A DNA stretch of 63,687 nucleotides, filler included, from Lenisia limosa (Eukaryota > Protista > Breviatea): assembly GCA_001655205.1 (NCBI GenBank). It is 15 parts of 15 records of this genome, joined end to end, with 100 filler letters (N's around TTAATTAATTAA, not from the genome) between each part and the next. Parts side by side here need not be neighbours in the genome. Positions count along the whole stretch, not along the records: positions 30,812 to 35,457 come from LPNZ01003441.1; positions 35,558 to 38,838 come from LPNZ01003428.1; positions 38,939 to 42,464 come from LPNZ01006994.1; positions 42,565 to 44,624 come from LPNZ01002365.1; positions 44,725 to 46,485 come from LPNZ01005622.1; 10 more parts are not named here. One strand, written 5' to 3'. Positions 35,331 through 46,585 of this stretch are shown here, piece by piece (position 1 is the first letter of the stretch; the number at the start of each line of letters is the position of its first letter). The notes below the pieces were generated by a model. The model ran no database searches, was not told the DNA's origin, and saw nothing but the letters and a program-made list of their open reading frames with translations. A program made the translations under genes and the position numbers.

Positions 35331-36420
35331 CATCTCTCTGTATGATTACAGAGAAATGCTTCATGGGTTAGAAAAATATGTAGAAGCGCTTTCACACCCC
35401 AGGTTGAGGCTCAACAAATCAATGCGCTCCAAGCCAACAGAAAGAGAGAGGTGGGGGNNNNNNNNNNNNNNNNNNNNNNNNNNNNNNNNNNNNNNNNNNN
35501 NTTAATTAATTAANNNNNNNNNNNNNNNNNNNNNNNNNNNNNNNNNNNNNNNNNNNNCCCCCCCCCCCCTCTCCTCACCCCTATTCTGTTTTTTGTTTCA
35601 TTAATTTTCCATTTCACGCCACCCCCTTTTGTTTTTTTATGGTCTGATTTGAGGTTATCTAAAAACAAGGTGGAACTGTTTGAAAATGTCAGCATTGATG
35701 TCGCTGTTGGCAGGTACTTTTTGGGCTACATTTTATGGTCAGAGACTACACAGTAACCTCTGAAATCTTTGTAAAATTTCTGACGATCGATTGTTATCTT
35801 TGCCACAATTACAAGCGCACCACTTCTCGCAAATGTGAAGGTGAAGCAGGGTGCCCATACCAACCCAGAAACTGGCTCGGATAACTCCCCATGATTTCCA
35901 CAATAATAACAAAGTGTTTTTTGGGAAAGTACCAAACTAATATTCTAACTCCTAAATACCCTTTTGCATCAAGTTGGTCAAGGTTATATGACTAATAGAT
36001 ATGGTACAACACTTTTTGGGTCATTTCCAAAGCGATAAAACAGAAATGAGTAAAAATATTGGGTAAACCGGCAGAATCTATCCGCAATATCCCTAATAGG
36101 AAGAAATAACACACACACAAAAAAAAAATCGGAGTTTCTTTTTTTTGAAAAGACTAGGAGTTGTCTTATTACTTCAATTTCGGTATCAACACAAAGTAAA
36201 AACTGAAGACATAAGCGATAAAATTTCAACAATAATAAACTTGTGGTGAAAATTTGTGATAAAATTAAAGCCCAATTTCCATGTTTCTCTTCAAGTTTGC
36301 CTTTTTTTAACTTTGTTTTAAAAGAATTATTGAAATTTTATCAATAATCAATATAAGTGCTACTTTGGTTAAAATTTTAAACAAATTACGAAACTCAAGA
36401 ATAAAAGGTAACAGAAGAGC

Positions 36421-37120
36421 CTACACATCAGAGATAGACGCACAGAATCCCGGTTGTCCAAAAGTGAAAGACAACTGACTCTTAGTACCGTTGACAGCCA
36501 TCTTCAGGTGGATGTTGAAACTAAGAAAGATGTTATCTATCAATTTTGAAACTTTTGAAGAAGGCATATTTCTGGCACAACTGAGATACTTCGAAAGATA
36601 AACACGTGCGCTTACAAGCTCGGCATGGTGAACCAGTTCAATGAACTCTTTAGCAATTGGAATGTGCTGGCATGGTTTGAGGTCGGAAGCTACAAGTGTC
36701 AAAGAGAAGCTGATAAGAAACTTTAAANNNNNNNNNNGATATCAAGAGGTCGTCTGACCAGACAGTTCTTGGCAAGGCTGGCAAGTTGTGCACACAGTGA
36801 GCTCATGCCTCACCCCATCCAAGTCATTCAAAAAGGAAAGGTATACTACAGTGGCTTCGTTCTAGAAAGTATACAATCAGTTCAATCAAGAACAGTGTTC
36901 TACTAACCTGTTTGATTTGCAGGCCAGCAGGGGTGTTAGATAGCATGGCCAGAATACCGGGTCTGACATGGCAGAGACCAAGAAGAGGCTGGCCATACTC
37001 CCAAGTTACTCCAAGTCTCATCAAATACAATGTGTTTCATACCTTTCGCTTAGAGAGTTTTGCCATGAGCTGACTCTGGGATGCTGTGTGAGAGATCAGG
37101 CAGCGAGGGTGTGGTAAGGG
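36421..37120 (-). CDS. Hypothetical multi-exon gene fragment
   Basis: Exons LGVTWEYGQPLLGLCHVRPGILAMLSNTPAGLQIKQ and ASDLKPCQHIPIAKEFIELVHHAELVSARVYLSKYLSCARNMPSSK have canonical splice sites. Confidence 0.35.
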
Positions 37121-37489
37121 GAGACATGTGGGTGGGTCGCTTTAAAGGACTTTGTTCCTGGAATAATAAATTAAAGCACCACTCTAGGAGGCAGGAGGAA
37201 TTAACAATTCGAAATAGAAAGTATGCACCCACACTAGGGTTATAAGTATAAACAAGTTTATTTATCCCATATACCCACAATAGCATTGGACGCTTTGCCT
37301 TTCGGTTGCTTTGGAGAAGTAATGAAATACGAAGGAAAATATAAAGAAGGTATTGAACCGAGTGTGGCTGTGGCAGACCGTATTGGTTTTTGAGCGGGAA
37401 GAGTCACATGGACGATTCATTCTAGGCGTATATATTCAAGCGAGATATGTTAATATACTGGAAAGCGTGGAAAAATTACTCGCGAAACA

Positions 37490-37780
37490 ATGGCGCAATC
37501 AGCAAAAAAAGACAAAAAAAAATCTGACTTAAATCCACACAATGAGGCAGTTGAAGAAGCATTTCTCTACTACAGCGATGAGGGCATGTAGTCTCACAAT
37601 CAAAATTCCTCTACCATCTTCAAGTCGACGCCAACAACTCAAATGAACATTTACTTGAAGTTGATTTTAGCTTTTTTTTAGTTACATTAGTGTTCAAATT
37701 TTTCTCCTCTGACCCGTATCTTCGAGAGTTCCTTCACCTTTTCAACAGACTGTAAGTAAATTACCCGCCTTTTTCCACCC
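37490..37780 (+). CDS. Hypothetical gene 5' end
   Basis: CGCGAAACA-ATG start, then MAQSAKKDKKKSDLNPHNEAVEEAFLYYSDEG and short exons ending at a GTAAGT donor. Phasing ambiguous. Confidence 0.3.
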
Positions 37781-37904
37781 CATTTTTAACCGACAGAGTT
37801 TTGTTTCCTAAATGCTCACTTCACTCCGCTACCCCCTCCCTGATTTGGGTTTTTTCTTTCCTAAATTTTCTAATTTTACCTATTTTTTTTTATTATTATT
37901 TTTT

Positions 37905-38039
37905 GTCAAGTTTTAACTTCTGTTGCTCATGTTTGTTGTTGTTGCTTGTTTTTTTTTTTGTTTTTGTTTTTGTAGTTTGGAGTTTCAGATTATTCGGTTC
38001 GTGATTAGTGCCTTTAAGCCAATTTTCTTCATCGAAATT
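37905..38039 (+). repeat. Family D repeat (GGAGTTTCAGATTATTCGG module)
   Basis: TTGCTCATGTTTGTTGTT..TTTGGAGTTTCAGATTATTCGGTTCGTGATTAGTGCCTTTAAGCCAATTTTCTTCATCGAAATT; the same module occurs at 13620-13740 and 45070-45190 on the minus strand. Confidence 0.82.
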
Positions 38040-38229
38040 TNNNNNNNNNNNNNNNNNNNNNNNNNNNNNNNNNNNNNNNNNNNNNNNNNNNNNNNNNNNN
38101 NNNNNNNNNNNNNNNNNNNNTGGCTTGTTGTTTTCTTGGAAGGCGTGCAGGTGAGGCATTCCCATCCATTACACACTGCATATTGACTTGGGATTCTTAC
38201 CTTATGTAATTGTTGAGGTTCCCACTGTT

Positions 38230-38340
38230 TACATGACATCGCATTGTTTACATGATGGCATTCTATTGTTTACATTGGATTCTCATAGTTTCATTGGATT
38301 CTCATTGTTTACATGGGAATCCCATGTAATTGTATGAAAA
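38230..38340. repeat. Degenerate minisatellite (CATTGTTTACAT / TTGGATTCT units)
   Basis: Repeated CATTGTTTACATG and CATTGGATTCTCA strings. Confidence 0.6.
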
Positions 38341-38939
38341 TCTGTTGAAATTTATCAGAATCCCACGTCAGTGCGCCGTAGGGAACCGAACAAGTTACCT
38401 TATAAAAATAATAAGTTGCCTGATACGAAAACAAAAAGTTGTTGCCGTTACAGAAACAACAAATTACCTTATGCGGAAACAGCAAGTTGCCTTAATCGGT
38501 GTAGGCGGCAGGCAGGTCCATGGGACACTNNNNNNNNNNNNNNNNNNNNNNNNNNNNNNNNNNNNNNNNNNNNNNNNNNNNNNNNNNNNNNNNNNNNNNN
38601 NNNNNNNNNNNNNNNNNNNNNNNNNNNNNNNNNNNNNNNNNNNNNNNNNNNNNNNNNNNNNNNNNNNNNNNNNNNNNNNNNNNNTTATTTTTTTTCTGTT
38701 TTTGTTCAACGTGAGCACTCTTCATATTTGTCTCCACCCCCTCGTTGTCTCTCCCTCCCACCTTGATTGGATGCGGTGTTGCAAAAGCGACTGGAGTGAT
38801 TGGATGCGGTTTTGCAAAAGCGACTGGAGTGAAGCGACNNNNNNNNNNNNNNNNNNNNNNNNNNNNNNNNNNNNNNNNNNNNTTAATTAATTAANNNNNN
38901 NNNNNNNNNNNNNNNNNNNNNNNNNNNNNNNNNNNNNNG

Positions 38940-39125
38940 GGGGGGGGGGGGGTAAATTGGAAAATTAAGAAAAAAAAAGCCCAAAATCAACTCTGTTGGC
39001 TGATAACACGTTGATAACAGCAAAACAAAGCCCAGGCGAGTCGCTTCTACAGCACCACATCCCATCATTCCAGGTAGGAAGTAAAACGAAGGAAAGTTTA
39101 ATGATGAATATTGGTGTAAAGGTGG
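38940..39125 (-). repeat. Family D repeat, multi-module copy
   Basis: Reverse complement of the AGAAGCGACT, CAGCCAACAGAGTTGATTTTGGGC and TTTACACCAATATTCATCATT modules. Confidence 0.85.
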
Positions 39126-39269
39126 GGTGAACATGGATCTTTTTCATTAATCGCAAGTCGATGCGCCGTAGTGTTAGGACTCAATGCAGTTAATTGAGGC
39201 CACGAGAACTCCATTTCCGACACATTATTTTCAAGTATTGTCAATTCTTTCCAAAAAAAATAATTGCCC

Positions 39270-42070
39270 GGAATACCAACCTTCCTTCCTCAAGATGTCA
39301 AGGACTTGGGGGGTGAGAAGATGCTGGAGAAATTAGTCAAGGGGGATGGGGAGAGAGAGAAAGAGAGAGGGAAATTTATGAAACAATAAAAAAAAAAACT
39401 TTGTTACCTTGATATAAGATACCCACAAGATACCCCCAAACCTTCAGATGGTAAGTACCAGCCAGGAGTACCCTGCCGCACATTTCTTGCAGCTCAATGA
39501 TCGGCTTCTGAAGCTCCTGAAACGTGTCAATATATCAATATCTCTTATATCCTGGGCTTCACTTTTGGTTCGAAAAAAGCCTGAATTTCTCGATAAATCC
39601 GCGAAAACTATCGATATTTCCCGAACTAAAGTGAAGCCTTACTATATCTAAAGTTGGGAGGGGGGGGGGGGNNNNNNNNNNNNNNNNNNNNNNNNNNNNN
39701 NNNNNNNNNNNNNNNNNNNNNNNNNNNNNNNNNNNNNNNNNNNNNNNNNNNNNNNNNNNNNNNNNNNNNNNNNNNNNNNNNNNNNNNNNNNNNNNNNNNN
39801 NNNNNAGTTTGAGGGCCTTTGTGCGGATGTACTAAAATGTTACAATTATTTCTGGAGAAGCATGCAGAAAGGTGTGAGTGCAAAGTAAGGCAAATGATTG
39901 GGTAAATTTATTAATGATACTGTATAACCGTACTCAATATCTCTTACAAGCCTGATGATGTGGACGGCTTCGAACAGATACAGCATTTTTATATTTCTCA
40001 TCTCATCTCTTCATTAAATCGCAGTTCTGAATCTGTTTTGCCCCCCCCCCCCCNNNNNNNNNNNNNNNNNNNNNNNNNNNNNNNNNNNNNNNNNNNNNNN
40101 NNNNNNNNNNNNNNNNNNNNNNNNNNNNNNNNNNNNNNNNNNNNNNNNNNNNNNNNNNNNNNNNNNNNNNNNNNNNNNNNNNNNNNNNNNNNNNNNNNNN
40201 NNNNNNNNNNNNNNNNNNNNNNNNNNNNNNNNNNNNNNNNNNNNNNNNNNNNNNNNNNNNNNNNNNNNNNNNNNNNNNNNNNNNNNNNNNNNNNATTGTT
40301 TATGAAACAATACAAAAGCCCAAAATCAACTCTGTTGGCTAGCAAGCAACACACAGGATTGAAAAGTCGCTTCAACAACATCCCAAAACTCCAAAAGATA
40401 TGAAACAAGAAGAAGAATAATGATAAGAATCAATCCAAAATATTCTCTATTGGCTGAACATTTGAGAAAAGTCTTAAAATTAAAATTACACACCACCACT
40501 TACGGTCAATAGTCTTGTCCTGGTTTGTTGGGGGCGGCAGATGGGGGTATTGATCCGCTCGCTTCAGAGATTCCTAAAAATATGACTCAAACTGCGTGTA
40601 TACTATGAGTTGTAAGCCTGGCTTACCTATGTTCGTCCAAAATAGACTATTTTTTTTATAACAAATATCCTAATTTCATGCCCTACTGAGTAGCGCGATA
40701 GTGCCCTGCCTACCTTTTGAGATTCGATAATGAGGGCTTGATCTGTGACCTGTTTTTGGTGCGTAGCGTTTTGTTGCTGCAGCAAATTCATGAAGTCCTT
40801 GCGATCATCAGATCTAAACTGTCAGAGTGCGATGAAGAAATAAGTCATATTAAAATTATTTCTATATTATAACTATATTATAACTATATATATATATATG
40901 TATATTATATAGTATATCATATTACGTACATATAATATGTGGAGATGTGATATAATATAATTAACCTAATCATTTGCCTTACATTTCTATGCACACAGAT
41001 ATATTATGATTGAAACACACGGAACTAATTTGCTTGCATTAAACCATTTCCTTTCGACCACCAACCTCCTCTCCTTCTCAACTTCCAAAGTCTGTCGCAT
41101 CTTCTCGAATTGCCTATGTTGCTCCTGTGCCCGCACTTTCAGCTAAATGCAATTAATCATGTCATCCTTAGGCTTCTGTTATCATGTTAGTCAGCTAAAT
41201 GATGTCTAGTGTTATTCAGCTAAATAATAACACAATCCCCACTCCCCCTCCACATCCCCAGCATAATACCCCCCTAATCCCACCGCGTAGTTTTCCTGCT
41301 CATACTGCTTGAGCTTGATCGTGACCTCGTCCTGGATAGCCTTCTTCTTCTGCCTGTAGTTCCTTGAGGACACTGCATTGGCTGTCTGGCTGCCTCCTTT
41401 CTTTCGGACTGCTGTTGCACGTTGTGACGACATTGCCACCTGTGAGGTAAGCAGAGTTGTGACGACATTGCCGCCTGTGAATCTCAGTTGGTACTTGTAT
41501 CATTATAACTTCTGAGTCGGCAAGTCTGAAACTTGCTTCTTCCTAAGGTCCCAAAAAGGTCCCAAAAAGACCGGTAAAAATTGTTATTTTTTTGAAGATT
41601 TATCGAGAAATTCAGTATTTTTGGGTGAAATGAGAAGTGAGTTTCATCCCTGAGATGTGAAGCTTTAATGATTTTCAAAAAGCCAACCGGCTGAGTTGGC
41701 GGTACAGCGGCGGGGATGCCGACTTGCGGAGTCTGGGAAGTAAAACGAAGAAAATTTTATTAAGAAGAATATTGGAACCTTGGGTAGTAAAATTGGACAA
41801 TTTATGACAGATAAAAGCCCGTTGAATGGGAAAACTGGAGGAGTAAAATCAAAACAAAAAATAAAACAGAATTAACATGAGGGGGGAGGGGTGAAGAGTA
41901 AAACAGGAAAATTACCCCAGAATTCTGTTGGCTAAACAGCTGAAACAAAAGAGTTGAAGAAAAACACACAACACCCGCAGTGGCTTGGGCATTCCGTCAC
42001 TCCAGCGTACCTGAGGGAGCGTGGATTGAATCATCGGTGTCAGAGGTGTCTGTTGCTGAGCGAAGTTTGC
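39270..42070 (-). CDS. bZIP transcription factor with a Gln/Pro-rich N-terminus and an extended C-terminal region; scaffold-truncated
   Basis: ANFAQQQTPLTPMIQSTLPQ / TPQVGIPAAVPPTQP / VAMSSQRATAVRKKGGSQTANAVSSRNYRQKKKAIQDEVTIKLKQYEQENYA (basic region NxxxSRxYRQKKK plus the zipper start) / LKVRAQEQHRQFEKMRQTLE. Later minus exons ELQKPIIELQEMCGRVLLAGTYHLK and HLLTPQVLDILRKE. Confidence 0.72.
39553..39641. mobile_element. hAT-type MITE family A (subtype A1)
   Basis: TGGGCTTCACTTTTGGTTCGAAAAAAG...CCGAACTAAAGTGAAGCCTTA. Flanks TTATATCC / CTATATCT (6/8). Confidence 0.82.
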
Positions 42071-42097
42071 CTGGAAATGAGACATAGATATATCCTG

Positions 42098-42180
42098 AAG
42101 GCTACCGTACGGTCCCAAAAAAAGACCGAATCTTTCGATAAATCCTTAAACGGTCTTTTTCTGACCGTAGGGAAGCCCTT
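42098..42180. mobile_element. hAT-type MITE family A (subtype A2), shortened
   Basis: AAGGCTACCGTACGGTCCCAAAAAAAGACCG...CGGTCTTTTTCTGACCGTAGGGAAGCCCTT. Flanks ATATCCTG / ATATCATG (7/8 TSD). Confidence 0.82.
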
Positions 42181-42369
42181 ATATCATGCATGCCCGTCAA
42201 CGTGATCCGCTCTACCCGCCCATTTGATGTCATAATATTGGAATATCATACATCATGTCACTTTTTGGATCATTTTCACACGCAGTGATACGATACCTCA
42301 TATCACACAGTCCATATATCGGTGAATCCTCTATCTGTGAAGTGATATGATCATATGAACGAAGATAAC

Positions 42370-42464
42370 ACGAGGGTATATCCCGACTGTATCAGAGGAT
42401 CATTGAGACTGGTCGGTCAATTATCATACGAGTGGATATGGGTTAACATAGTGTATATTGTTAT
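42370..42464. mobile_element. Small TIR-type element (family C), right end
   Basis: Homologous to 3853-3985. Confidence 0.6.
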
Positions 42465-42996
42465 NNNNNNNNNNNNNNNNNNNNNNNNNNNNNNNNNNNN
42501 NNNNNNNNTTAATTAATTAANNNNNNNNNNNNNNNNNNNNNNNNNNNNNNNNNNNNNNNNNNNNAGGGGAAAGGGAGGAGGATAAGATAGGAAGGGTGAT
42601 GGGCTGTGGACGGCTTCTGCCAGTATTTCATGTTGCCACAGGCTCTATTTTGTTACCATTTATAGAATCTTCCAAACCAAGAAAACTGTGACATTTGTCT
42701 TGGAGGTAGGAGCTGGGGGTACTTAGGGCTTCACTTTGGTTCCTTCTTTTGACTGGTGCTGCAGAAGCGACTGGACTGGCTTTGTTTTTTTTTTTTTGTT
42801 GTTTCCAACCCTCTTNNNNNNNNNNNNNNNNNNNNNNNNNNNNNNNNNNNNNNNNNNNNNNNNNNNNNNNNNNNNNNNNNNNNNNNNNNNNNNNNNNNNN
42901 NNNNNNNNNNNNNNNNNNNNNNNNNNNNNNNNNNNNNNNNNNNNNNNNNNNNNNNNNNNNNNNNNNNNNNNNNNNNNNNNNNNNNNNNNNNNNNNC

Positions 42997-44504
42997 TGTC
43001 TTGAGGGCACCTATGCACCAACAAAGGGCCTTGATGCGTGCTTAAATGTGGGGGAAGTGGTAACTGTCTAAATGATTGGATCATTCTTCCTTGTTTGTTT
43101 GTAAAGAGTTGTAAGGCAAATGGTTGGGTGCATAATAGTAATCTATGATCCTATAAATTTCATAAGCGTGATGGTGTCAACTTATCCACACCTCATAATC
43201 TTCATTGACATCCCCCCATGAAACCTGACCATCTAGTGTGAAAAGGGCTCGTATAACAACGCTACTAATCAGCTCGAATGCACCAAATGCCCTGCTGGAA
43301 CTGCCAATAACAATGTGGGTATATAGACAAAAACAACGTATAATGAGAGGGGGGAGGGGTGGTAAAATTGGAAAATGAAAATGAAAACCCAAATTCAAAT
43401 CTGAGGGGGGAGGGGTGAATTATTGTTAATGTGGGGGTACCACCTACCTTATTAGCAAGGTTGCAAGGGCTCCACTTACTTTATTAGGAAGGTCCAAGAC
43501 ACCACTTACCATATTAGGAAGGTTCCAAGTTCGCCTCCCACTGCCAAAACTGTAATATCGGCTATTACGCCCCCCTCGGTACCCCAGAATGTCTTAAGTG
43601 CCTGCCCGGATCGTTTGCTAATGACACCTCGATGGTTGGGGGTGATAGTGATATTGCTTGAGAACTGGGTATTTTGTGTAATAATTTGGTAAATAAGTAC
43701 GTAATAATAGCTCAATATTTCTATAATTGCAATTGCGTACTAATTACCTAATATATCCGTAACAACTCATAATAATTAAGTAATAATTGCGTAACACTGA
43801 AGTAACAATTTCGTAATAATTACGTACCAATGACGTAACAATTGCGTAACAATTGCCTAATAATCGCGTAACAATGACGTAATAATTGCGTAGGGCGCGT
43901 GCCACCTCTGTCCCTACTTGACACAGAACCCCGGCATGGGCTCCTGGAATTCCTCCGATTGTGTTCCCTGCCCTACTGGGACCTATGGAACCTCCGAAGG
44001 TGGGGAGGGGGTAATCTGATCAAAATATACTATAACTAGGACTTCACTTCGGTTTGGAAAAATCTGGAAAATATCGATAGCTTTCGAGGATTTATCGAGA
44101 AATTCAGTCTTTTTTTAAAAACCGAAGTGAAGCCCTAACTATAACAGATATTTATTATACGCTTTGCTTATTTATGAATGAAACATTCCGATCCTTTTCC
44201 CCCCTTACGCTACAGGGGAATCCGAGTGCACCGAATGCCCATACGGCCATGAGCAGCCCCTTACAGGCCAGCCCAGGTGTATTAACTGCGGTTTTGGGAC
44301 GTATTCGGATGAACGCGGTTTGGCCAACTGCAAGTTATGCTGGCCTGGTGGGTGGGGTGTATGAAACACATTTCCATCTCACTTACCATATTTGGCAACT
44401 CCTTTCACCACTTACCATATTAGGCAACTGCTCTTACCCCTTAGGCACCGCACACTCCCTTATCCAGGCCAAATCAGCTGCTTTCTGCCAGGAGTGCGAA
44501 CCAG
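42997..44504 (+). CDS. Cys-rich extracellular protein with GCC2/GCC3 (ephrin-receptor-like, TNFR-like) repeats; fragment
   Basis: GTYAPTKGLDACLN / CEKGSYNNATNQLECTKCPAGTANNN / GACHLCPYLTQNPGMGSWNSSDCVPCPTGTYGTSE / GESECTECPYGHEQPLTGQP / AKSAAFCQECEPG, a repeated CxxCPxGxY pattern. Confidence 0.8.
43680..43892. repeat. Degenerate 11-bp satellite (AATTGCGTAAC/T), intronic, ending at an acceptor AG
   Basis: ...AATGACGTAAC AATTGCGTAAC AATTGCCTAAT AATCGCGTAAC AATGACGTAAT AATTGCGTAG|GGC. Related units at 55170-55230. Confidence 0.8.
44037..44137. mobile_element. hAT-type MITE family A (subtype A1), full length with a perfect 8-bp TSD
   Basis: ACTATAAC (44029-44036), then TAGGACTTCACTTCGGTTT...AAACCGAAGTGAAGCCCTA, then ACTATAAC (44138-44145). 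Confidence 0.93.
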
Positions 44505-44789
44505 GTATGCGGATTGGGGAAGAAATTAAAAACGATGGTGTTTTTATTGTTATTATTTTGTGTCTGTAGCTAAAAAGCAATTTTCAAATGGGGAATGGAC
44601 TGAACATCATGACTTTTCAAAGGCNNNNNNNNNNNNNNNNNNNNNNNNNNNNNNNNNNNNNNNNNNNNTTAATTAATTAANNNNNNNNNNNNNNNNNNNN
44701 NNNNNNNNNNNNNNNNNNNNNNNNAAACCCATATGTACCCTTACTCCTGTGTACAATACCATCTTTCATCTCCTCCTCCCCCAAACCTC

Positions 44790-46379
44790 ATATTTGCTCC
44801 GTAGCTCCACGGCCTTCCAGAGTCCGCCTAAAGTCTTGTTCAGGACCGTCTTTTGCCAATGACTGACAGCCTAAATCGTGAGACAGTGTTTTTTTGCAGT
44901 GAAGTCTCTATTGAAACTAGGATCATAGAGATCCAGCGGTTGACTACACAAAAAGAATCCACAGAAACGACAGAAAAATGACCGGCAGCCAAAATCGTGA
45001 GAGGAGGGCGAATGACAGGAAAGCAATGGTAATGAACAGTGTGTGTTATACGGGGGGGAGAGGAGTAAAACGAAGGAAATTTCAATGAAGAATATAGGCG
45101 TAAAGATACTAATCACAAATCGAATAATCTGAAACTCCAAACAAACAAAAAACAAAAACAAGCAATAGCAAACATGAGCAACCAATGCTAAAAATTTGGA
45201 AAATTTATCAACGAAAAAAGCCCAAAATCAACTCTATTGGCTGACAACACACAAGGGTTGAACAACTGCAGCAGAGGCCAATAACCCACTCATTCTCTTT
45301 ACATCCCCCCACCTTCTTATGAAGCAGCATTCTCGCAGCCTGTTCCTCTCGATGTTGGATAGTCCAACTTCGCCAGCGCCAAAAGAGCTTTTTCTTCAGG
45401 AGGAAGAGGCGGTACTGCGCATCGTCCTGCAGGGTGATGATATGTGTGGATGTGATGATATTGTGTACATGTGATGATACTGTGTGCATGTGATGATATT
45501 GTGTGGATGTGACGAGTGATGAGTACCCATAACCCACATCAGACTCCCAGGCTTGAAAATCGCCCGCTTCAGGAGCCACGGTAGTATCAGGAGTTGGCAA
45601 CTGTCCGCTTGACATGGTTGCTGCCATTGTGTTGGGCGTGAACGGGGTCGGAGGGACCACGGCGGAAAGGGGGCCGTCTGGGGCGATTCCGGGGTAATAC
45701 GTTGACGAGTTTACGATATTAGAGTCGGTATAGACTGGTTTCGGACGGGGCGGGGCGGCTTCTGGAGGGTAAGGATTTGTTTTAGATTAGAGCTTCACTT
45801 TCGGTTCTCAAAGATTGACAAAATGTCGATATATATTTATCGAGGATTCATCAAAATTCACTCCATTTTGGAAGCTATATTTGAGATTAGGAATCATGCA
45901 AGATCCCTTATATGGATTAAGGTGGCAAAACAGACTGATGTTTCGAACATCAATAAACATCAAAACCTGCCCTTCTTTTGGAAGCAAAAGAGAAACTATT
46001 AATCAACAGAAGGGTAGGGTTTGTCTAAGAGTTTTGTTTATGTATTCAATTTAATACAAAGAAGAATTACTATTTTGTGACACAAAAAGAGCTGAAATAT
46101 TCCCTCAATTTGTTATTTCAATATTAAAGTGGGTTCTGTATATTGTAGCAAAATAACAATACTAATGATGAGTACGCGTTTGTGTCCTTAAAGATTTTGC
46201 CTCTGAAACCCTTCCAACCAGGAAGCTTCATGGAGTTGTCATATGGTTGGGGAACCTGGGTACCCTGGGGTGCGGGGTCATTGGAATGCGTTAAAGGCGG
46301 TTCCACGTGAGACGGCGTGAATTGTGCGTGAGACTGCGCGGGATAGGGCATTGCTGGCTGAATGCCGGCGCCGGGATGC
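44790..46379 (-). CDS. Hypothetical protein fragment: Pro/Gln-rich region followed by possible Sfi1-like (centrin-binding) repeats
   Basis: DDAQYRLFLLKKKLFWRWRSWTIQHREEQAARMLLHKK / TVLNKTLGGLWKAVELRSKYE resembles the Sfi1 consensus Ax7LLx3(F/L)x2W. Weak. Confidence 0.4.
45050..45265 (-). repeat. Family D repeat, multi-module copy
   Basis: Reverse complement of CAACCCTTGTGTGTTGTCAGCCAATAGAGTTGATTTTGGGC and the GGAGTTTCAGATTATTCG module. Confidence 0.85.
45435..45512. repeat. 19-bp minisatellite (GATGATATTGTGTGGATGT)n, about four units
   Basis: Four imperfect tandem units are visible. Confidence 0.85.
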
Positions 46380-46485
46380 CTGGGAGGGTCAATTTGATGA
46401 AACGTATGAAACAAAAAAAAGAGTCCAAAATCAACTCTGTTGACTAGCAACAAATGAGGGTTGCGAAACCAAACAAACAAAGCCC
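46380..46485 (-). repeat. Family D repeat ending at a minus-strand acceptor
   Basis: Minus strand reads GCTAGTCAACAGAGTTGATTTTGGAC..TTTCATACGTTTCATCAAATTGACCCTCCCAG, then an exon. Confidence 0.8.
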
Positions 46486-46585
46486 NNNNNNNNNNNNNNN
46501 NNNNNNNNNNNNNNNNNNNNNNNNNNNNNTTAATTAATTAANNNNNNNNNNNNNNNNNNNNNNNNNNNNNNNNNNNNNNNNNNNN

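Noticed and set aside
39448-40030. Plus-strand gene (QEYPAAHFLQLNDRLLKLLK)
   Set aside because: The minus strand gives cleaner GT..AG exons continuous with the bZIP gene.
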